This document shows, piece by piece, positions 54,950 to 64,000 of a stretch of DNA of 64,000 nt (its first letter is position 1; the number at the start of each line of letters is the position of its first letter). Below the pieces are notes generated by a model that saw nothing but the letters and a program-made list of their open reading frames with translations, was not told the origin of the DNA and ran no database searches. Source of the DNA: the human T2T-CHM13v2.0 reference genome, Homo sapiens; assembly GCF_009914755.1 (NCBI RefSeq), contig NC_060930.1. One strand, 5' to 3'. Position numbers and translations under genes: made by a program.

Positions 54950-55162
54950 ACCAAAACACTGAACTGGGGAGGAAAGACCTTCCTGTGTGCAGCTGAGGGC
55001 TGCTGGAAACCTACGACACAGCTCTGCTCTTCTTATAACTTAACCTCTGTCCTCGTCTCCTTTTCCATGAGATTCCATGGAGGCAATGATAGTCAAAGCA
55101 CTTGAAGATTCTTGAATTAAAAGGCACTATGTAAAGACAAAGCATTATTATTATTATTATTA
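54950..55162 (+). mobile_element. Ancient SINE (MIR1_Amn / AmnSINE / LF-SINE-type tail)
   Basis: Tail AAAGCACTTGAAGATTCTTGAATTAAAAGGCACTATGTAAAGACAAAGCATTATTATT resembles recalled GTAAAGCGCTTTGAGATCC..GATGAAAGGCGCTAT..AAGTATTATT. Confidence 0.45.
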
Positions 55163-56492
55163 ATTAAAGGAACTTGTCATAGACAGAAACAGACACCGCA
55201 ATGCATAATTTTTTAAAAAAATGAATACCATGCTGTCAAATTGGATACTGACTGGCTGTTAGATAATTTGGCAACCATAGCGGAGCAAATGTTCAGGAGA
55301 GGTGAGTATTTTTCCACTATTCCAGAAGGCTGGAAGCATAAACAGCAACAATTTTTGCATCAATCTTTCAGTCATGTCCATCAAATTAGGCTTTCAAGTT
55401 TAATGCTGAATAAAATACCCTAAACACAGCAGAGAGCAAGCCCAGACAGAACATCTTGAAAGTGGTAAAGCTGAAAGAGAGAGCGTGCACATTCCACGTG
55501 AATGTTTCAGCAGTGTCAGAAAATGCAGCACATTAAAAAAAATCAGTCAGTGGATGTCTTCAGTGCATTCCCTTTTCATAGTCCAAAGGGAATTTACGTT
55601 TTAACTGTGGGATGCACTGTCATAGCTGCTTAGGCAGAGTGGTTAGTATCAGAAGGGGGAAGAGCAGTTAGCCAAACACCCTGTGCTCTACGATAAACTG
55701 GGGCACTCCAAGAGCAGGGAAAACTTACACAATAGGTGCGTGCATCACGTAGCCCAGCTCTTCATGCCAACCATCAGCACAAGGCAACCTCAGCTGTGTT
55801 TGTCTGGATTTAGGACCAAGGGCATAGGTCGGGGGAGTGGAGGGTGGCGTGTAGCCACAAACTTGCCCACAAGCAAAGGGATTAGCTAATAATAGTTGTG
55901 TTTATACCAGGGAGGATTGAAGCCACAGCAGAAGGGAAACTAAAGACATTAAATTTTAGTGGAGCTAATTTTGGAAGAATGGGGAAAGTGCTGAGGGAAA
56001 TGAAACAGGATAAAGCTGTTGAGGAGAAAGCCACGGAGGAAATAGAAAGTGTTCAGAGATAAATTAATGCATGACCAAAATCACTACAAGCTACCCAGTC
56101 ATAAATATTCCAGCAGGGGGAAAGAAGGCCAAGGTGGATTAAAAGTGAGAATCAATGCTAAAAGAAACAGAAGTGCTGTATAATATGAATTTGTGGAAGT
56201 AGAAGAAATCAAGGATTGGCTAAAATACAGTGACTGAATGAAAGTCAAATGTAGAGAGGTAAATCTTTTGTTGGACAAACCCCACTGTTTACTTCTCTGT
56301 ACATTTCGCTTCAAGTTCCCTTCCTGCCATCCTATAAATACTCTTATTTGTATTTTTCTGTCTGGCATCCACTTCAACTCTCTTGATTCACATCATGTTT
56401 ACTCCCATATGTTCTTGACTGAAGGTAGGGAGTTGTTGTATTTGAAGATGGGTTGGGGGGAACCTACCCCAGAGAAAATACTAAGGCCTTAA

Positions 56493-56841
<349 letters not shown>

Positions 56842-57893
56842 TACCCTGCCTGTTAATAATGCCCCCTCAGCATCAGAGCAAGAGCTGAGAGAAAGGTTTC
56901 GTAGTTGAGCTGTAGACAATAGACAAGGTCTTGTTATGGAGAATACAGAGTCACTGAGGAGGGCACATGGGAGTTTGTCTACCTTCCTCTTCCCTTAGGG
57001 ACACTCCTTGCAGTTCAACATGGAAAAGTCACATCTATCTGTGTGGTTTTGCACAGGGGTGAGGAAGGCACAAGAGACCTACAGCTTTAAGCCTTAACTT
57101 CCTCATAAGTAGGTCAAGTAGAAGTCTGCAAATTAAAAATGGAAATCAGGAAGGTACAAAAATTATACCTCGTGGATAAATTACCAGCAAATGACTCCAA
57201 CTCAGCATGGCCAAAAAGGAAAACATAGTAAAAGGAAACTTCTGATCTGTAGCAATGAAATATACTTATCAACAAGCACTCATACTCTATCATCCAAAAT
57301 AACTTGAGTTTTAATATGTCATTTTAATAGAGTTTTGGGGTCTCAGTTTGGTGGATAGCTTTCTTTTGGTATGAAGATTCTAGAAAATGTTCTAGGTACT
57401 AGTAGTTACTACTTCCAGGCAAACCCTTAAGACCCCCGTCTAGAGGCTCTGTGGGGAGTGGCCACAGGTTGGGAATCCCCAGTGTGCTCCACCGTCTTTG
57501 TGTGAGCTACACTTGGAGGAGCGTAGACATGGCTGGACCTTCCACATCTTTCTTTCACAATAGAGAGAGTGATTTCTTCACTGAGAAATCTGGTGCCTCA
57601 GAGTACCAGAAAACAGAGTAGGGCTTGGAGCCAGCTTGAAGACTAAGGACAGCAGGCTGATTCTCAGATTCTGGGGAAGGCTCAGGGAGAACAGACTATG
57701 CTTGACTAAACTGATATCCTAGCTCATAGTATGTCAATAACAGGAAATTAGAAGATGACTGTACTGGGTTGAATTGTGTTCCTTTCCTAAAATGGATGTC
57801 CATCTAGAACCTCAGAACATGACCTTATTTGGAAAGAAGTTTGTGGCAGATGTAATTAAGATGAGGTCATAAATTCAATGACTGGTGTCCTTA

Positions 57894-58388
<495 letters not shown>

Positions 58389-58838
58389 CTACAAGCCAAG
58401 GAATGCCAGCAACCAGCAAAGGCTAGAAAGAGGCAAGGAAGGATTTTCCCTAGAGCTTTTAGAGGAGGTATGGCCCTGCTGATTGACACCTTGATTTTGA
58501 ACAGCTAGCTTCCAGAACTGTAAGAGAATAAGTGCCTATTGTTTTAAGCCAACCAGTTTCTAGTACTTTGTTATGACAGTCTTAGGAATCTAATACATGG
58601 GCTATGACAGGAAGATATTCTGATAATAACCAGGAAATGGAATGAGGGAACAGTCAGAATAACTACGAAAAGCTCTTCCAAGGACAATAAAAAGCACCAC
58701 TTCCCAGAGCCTTTTGCCACAGAATAAACAACTCAGTGTAACCCCTACAAACAGTTGGTGGTAAAGGGAAAAGTCAGTGGACATTTAAAGTTTTGAGTCT
58801 GCAAACAATTTTGATGAGCATGAAAATAATGTTTTAAA

Positions 58839-59135
<297 letters not shown>

Positions 59136-59459
59136 AAGAATGTTTTAATCCCCACTGGCCAGATATACTGCAAAGGGAATGGCAGGCAGGGACAGCAAAG
59201 AAAGTGTCTTTTGTTTCCAAGGGGCAGTGTTTTTTGCAGCCCTCTGCTGGAAGCTATTCCTTCCCATCCAAAAGCACAGGGAGGAAATAAATGGCTCCTC
59301 CTAGCAGATTTTGAGTAGAGACCCAAGAGACCAACTGATTCCTGGAACCAGTACAGGAGGGTATTCTGACACTCAGAATAAGCCACAGAATTCCAGCTGG
59401 GAAGATGTGTGGGGGTGGGGCAATTGCCTCTAAGGTGTTCTTCTACATGTTCATGACCA

Positions 59460-61782
59460 ATTCCTTCTTCTATTTCTCAACATGTGGTTACAACTCTTCA
59501 TGACTTTCCTTGAGGTCCCCGGCCTTCTCCTCTGCCCTCTTGCTTCTTGGCTTTGTACATCCTTGCGTTTCACTTCACAGAGAAAATGCAGTCCTTCTAC
59601 CAGGGAGTACCTCCACCTCCTGCCCTGATATGGTTTGGCTCTGTGTTCCCACCCAAATCTCATCTTGAATTGTACTCTCATAATTCCTATGTGTTGTGGG
59701 AGTCACCCGGTGGGAGATAATTGAATCATGGGAGCAGTTTCCCCCATGCTGTTCTCATGGTAGTGAACAAGTCTCACGAGATCTGATGGTTTTATCAGGG
59801 GTTTCCACTTTTACATCTTCCTCCTTCTCTCTTTGCCTGCTGCCATCCATGTAAGATGTGACTTGCTCCTCCTTGCCTTCTGCCATGATTGTGAGGCTTC
59901 CCCAGCCACGTGGAACTGTAAGTCCAATTAAACCTCTTTCTTTTGTAAATTGCCCAGTCTCAGGTATGTCTTTCTTAGCAATGTGAAAATGGACTAATAC
60001 ATGCTGCCTTTACTGCAAGTATTACACATCTTCCTCTTCTGTCTTGGAGTAATAGGTGCCCCCAACATGTATAAAGCCAAATTCTCCACCTGTACTCTGT
60101 ATCTTCTAATCTTCTCAGGGACCTACTCTATCAATTACCTCCTCTTTCATGTCCTCAGCCTTTTCTTATTTCCTTCAGTATAAAATATATTAAATCCTTC
60201 TCATGTTAGAAAACCTCTCCCTGGCATGATAGCTCCAATTGCCTTTGGCAACCACTCTCTTCTATTCCTTTGCTTCTTAAAGATTCTTACAAGAACATCC
60301 TGCTTTCAGCAGGACGGTTTCCCTACCATCCTGCTTCAATCTAGTTTTTTATCCTATCACTACAATGAAACCATCCTCACCAACATGGTTATCAAATTAA
60401 ACAAATATTTCCTAGTTCTTATCTTCATTGATAGCTCTGTGGTATTCGGTATTGCCCACAACCCCATCTCCTTGAAATTCTATTCTTTTTTTTTAACTTA
60501 AAGAACATTGGAAACTCTCTGCCCAAAGAATATCATTCACATGCACACCTAAATACATCCTGATGACTCTCAAATATATACCTAAGGCTCTGGTCTTTCT
60601 TCTTCATTCACATCCCAAAGGCCCTCCTAATTCAACAGGTTCAAAGTTAAACTCATCTGTCAGCTCTATTGTTCTCCTCCTTAGTTCCTTCCATTCCTTA
60701 CTAATAATTCAGCTAAGGTTTCTTGAAGCGCCAAGTGTGTAGGTGCTTGGTCCTGAGCTTGCAGAGAGAAATAAAATCTCAGAGACCAGCAGGGGAGAAA
60801 GACAGGCAAATATCGAAGTCAAAGTTCAACAGTAGAAGCAAAACTAGAAGTAGTGGTATCATGGAAGAGAAGATGATTATTTGAATCAGGCCAGGAGTGA
60901 CATTAGGTCAGAGTGCCAGGGAATGCTCCCAAAGATAGAAGAGATTATCTCTCCCCTCAAAGAGCTGCTGGCTTGTCCCAGTCAATGCCCACCACCACCA
61001 ATCCATGACACTAGTCTGAATCTCAGGAGTTTTCTTAGAGTCAGCTTCTACATTGGATCAATTCCTATCAGTTCTACATGTAAAAATCTCTTAAAATTTT
61101 TATCTTGGACAATTCTATTTATCTCCTAATTGGCTTAAGTCCCATTTCACCCCCAATTCTACCTGCATGAGAGCAAGGAGTCCATCCACTTTGTTTATGC
61201 CTGTATTCGATGACTAGATCAATTTCTGCACTCAGTGGGTGCTCAGTAAATAGGTATTAAATGCAAGAATGCTTCAGAGTGATATTCCCATCACTAAAAC
61301 CTAGACCTGATCATACCACATTACTCTTTATGAATCTTCAGGGCTCCTCAGTGCCTGAAGGAAAAATTAAAACTCGGCTTGGCAAACAAAGCCCTTTACG
61401 ATCTGGTCTCTGCAGATTTTTATCAGCCTCCTTTTCACCGGTTCTTCTGTTCACCTTCCTTTTAGCCGCACAAAACTACCCACTGACATGTCAGCCAGGG
61501 TATCACACCCTTTCAAGCTTCTGTGCCTTTGATTTTACTGCTCCCTCTTCTGAAATACATTTACCTTTCTGGTCCTTAAGATAGACTTCTATTCATCTTT
61601 TAAGATGCAGTTCAGGCATCCTTTTATTTTTGCCATTCATTCTCTCTGACCAAATAAGGCCATGACTTGTCCTTGATCCTCTGTGTTAGAGCCTCAAGAT
61701 GTTTATCACTAATTGTCTCTTTGATATATTTACATATCCTCTTCCCCAATAAAACTATGAGCTCCTTGAAGACAGGAACTGG
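59460..61782 (+). mobile_element. Long fragmented L2 (ORF2 RT region to 3' end), split by THE1C and an antisense L2 piece (~60690-60930)
   Basis: ORF 60226-60501 contains LQSSFLSYHYNETIL...FLVLIFIDSSVVFGIAHN (cf. L2 RT LQSGFRPHHSTETAL...SVLILLDLSAAFDTVDH); ends CTATGAGCTCCTTGAAGACAGGAACT. Confidence 0.72.
59626..60001 (+). mobile_element. THE1C-like solo LTR (ERVL-MaLR), complete TG...CA
   Basis: TGATATGGTTTGGCTCTGTGTTCCCACCCAAATCTCATCTTGAATTGTA...GCCATCCATGTAAGATGTGACTTGCTCCTCCTTGCC...GGACTAATACA. Confidence 0.95.
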
Positions 61783-63859
61783 GAGTCAGAACAATAAAAT
61801 TGACCTAATTAACACGCAATGGTGTCACTCTTGGGTCAAAGAGAAAACCAGCAGTAGAAACAGATGCAGGCTGATGTAAAATGTGCCTTCTACCATACAC
61901 ATGTTGTTGTCTCCCTGGGTGAAGTTATATTATGTTTGTATAAGAAAGCAGTCAAGTGTGTAATATAGTTAGAAAGATTTTGATCAAAATGGTTTGGATT
62001 TTTAAAAATATTTGGGAGCTGACAGAAGATAAGCTTTAATTATCTAAAGACTCGTTGGTATGGAACACCTCATTCCTTTCCAAAGCTAGATATGGATATG
62101 TACAAATGTTGCAAAACATGCAGAACACTTTCAGAGCAAATGCAAGATGACAAACTCCACTGCTATGAGCTGCACTGTGGATCCCCAAAGGAAAAACTAG
62201 AAAGACCACGGATAAAAGCCACAAAACCAAGGAGACTACAAAACATTTAGCAGGAGAAGGGAAGGGGAGGTGACATTATGGAGGGGACAGATTTCTACAG
62301 GTCTAAAAGAGAACTTTCTTCTTTTAGACATAAAGGAAGACTGCTGCTTAGAAAGTGTTTTCAGAATCATGATACTTAGCATGCCTTTGACTCTTATAAA
62401 TTGCAAAGGATGATTATGAATATTAACTAATTGATCAACCTGCAGAGCACTCTTTAGAATTCTATAGAACTGGACCCCAATTAAAAAGGGGCAAACATGC
62501 CTAGAGAAGTCCCATGAAATCTTGGGGTTGGGTCTGAATTCTCAGGAGCAATGAGATCTGCCCTTGCAGATGCAAATTGCTCAGGTCTTAGCCTTGGGCC
62601 AGTATCTCCCCAGTTCTGGAACCTTTTTGAGATGAGTTTAGTTGGTAAAGGATGGATATTTTTCATTTCAATAGTTGATTATTTATTTTAATATGCATTT
62701 AAACAATTATAAATAAAGCATCTTATTCATGACTTTCTATGCTTAACATGAGTAAAAATTTAAAAAGTAAGCCTATTCAAGGAAAAATAGTAATGGTGCT
62801 GACACTTGCCTAGGGAAAAGGCCACCCTGGTTATATATCAATATATTGACATGTCAATAACTGAAGTTTTGAGAAAAGCTGAGAGCAATGCTCACTCTTA
62901 TTTTCTCAAATGTATGCCTGTCTGTTTAATCCTCATGTCTACAACTAAATGATTTTAAATTTGTGCAGTTTTTATTTCTGATGTGGAGTTAAAGGAAAAC
63001 AGATAGAAAAGGGGGATGAGATGAGGACACAGGAAGCAAGTAAGGAAAGTTCTAAAACCATGCAAGCTCTGAAAACTGGTTAAAGAAACTAGCAGAAACA
63101 AGTGTTTTGAATGCAGCGTACACAACAGTCTGCATGAAGATGCAGCTCTATTTTATTTAGAATTTGGCTCTCTTGAGTGGCCTGGGGAGACAGGCATCTC
63201 ATTTTCTGGAGGGGCCCGGAGAAACAGCAGTCACTCGGCATTCTTCTTGCCAACATCTCGCACAAATAGCACACAGCAGTGGCTCATTCTAACAACAGAC
63301 AACACTACCGAGCACTCAGAGCCCTGTTCTCTCAGCAGAGACAAGGCTCCCGGAGGCAGTGACAAAAAGAAAAAAAAAAGGATTTTTTTTGGAACTTCCC
63401 TTCTTATTTCCTTTCTTCAAATTACCTCTTCTAATTGCATACATGGAGTTTACAGAAATTTAACAGGAGAAACCAGGATGGGAAATATATGAGAAGAAGT
63501 GACATAAAGGCATGTCATGTCAAATCTGCAGAAGATTGCTGAAGCAGGAACCAGTAATAGATCTGCCAGAATACAGATCTATGACATCACATTTCAGCCA
63601 CTAAAGGATGCTGTGTGGTCTTTTCTAGAAGGATCCAACCACCGGCCCTTGGACATCTCTCAGCCTCATCTCTGCCCATTCCAGCTAAAGTGGTTCATTC
63701 TCGCAGTCTAGCTGGTATCTTATTTTTCATGACTTGGTCCAACCTCACTTCTTTCATAAGACTTCCCTGGTTCCCGTGGTCTGAGTCAGATGCAATGCTC
63801 TGGGCTCCCATAGTGCCTTCCTCTTGCTTTCCTTCCTACCTTCCTTCTTACTTCCTTTA

Positions 63860-63975
63860 TTAGATCCTTCAGCAAATATTTATTGAGCACCTACTATGTT
63901 TTGATGACTGTTTTAGGTGCTAGAGCTATGATAACAGGACCCCTCTTCTCATGGAGAATCCATGGAGAGGGGTCA
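63860..63975 (-). mobile_element. L2 3' end
   Basis: TTCAGCAAATATTTATTGAGCACCTACTATGT...TTTTAGGTGCTAGAG...CTCATGGAG. Confidence 0.8.
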
Positions 63976-64000
63976 GGTTGGGGAATAAAACACAGCCCCC

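Overview
Primate (Alu-containing, probably human or ape) genomic DNA, roughly 40% GC and CpG-poor, with no recognisable protein-coding exon, tRNA/rRNA gene, CpG island or CRISPR-like array. It reads as intergenic or deep-intronic sequence built largely from transposable-element fossils: L1 (L1PA, L1MA/MB/MC/MD/ME-like), L2, L3/CR1, about 13 Alus or Alu fragments (J, S, Y-like), many MIRs, solo LTRs (THE1C, MST, MLT1, LTR16, LTR33-like) and DNA transposon relics (MER5, MER20, MER3, MER45A, MER102, MER96B-like, Tigger2a), plus microsatellites and a long pure-purine tract. Nearly all ORFs in the track are repeat-derived or chance. I could not identify the locus and see no evidence of a new multi-gene system. 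The most informative observations are: (i) a ~180 bp inverted, locally templated copy of an L1/AluJ junction, captured ~2.8 kb away inside a MER45A that is itself inside a MER5A1; (ii) an old twin-primed (5'-inverted) L1 nested in another L1; (iii) a 5'-truncated 7SL/FAM retrocopy with TSDs; (iv) a (GGAA)15 microsatellite; (v) a DUX4-type motif in a THE1C LTR; (vi) weak candidates for non-coding exons and enhancers. Repeat subfamily names come from recalled consensus sequences and many boundaries are approximate; RepeatMasker/Dfam should confirm them.
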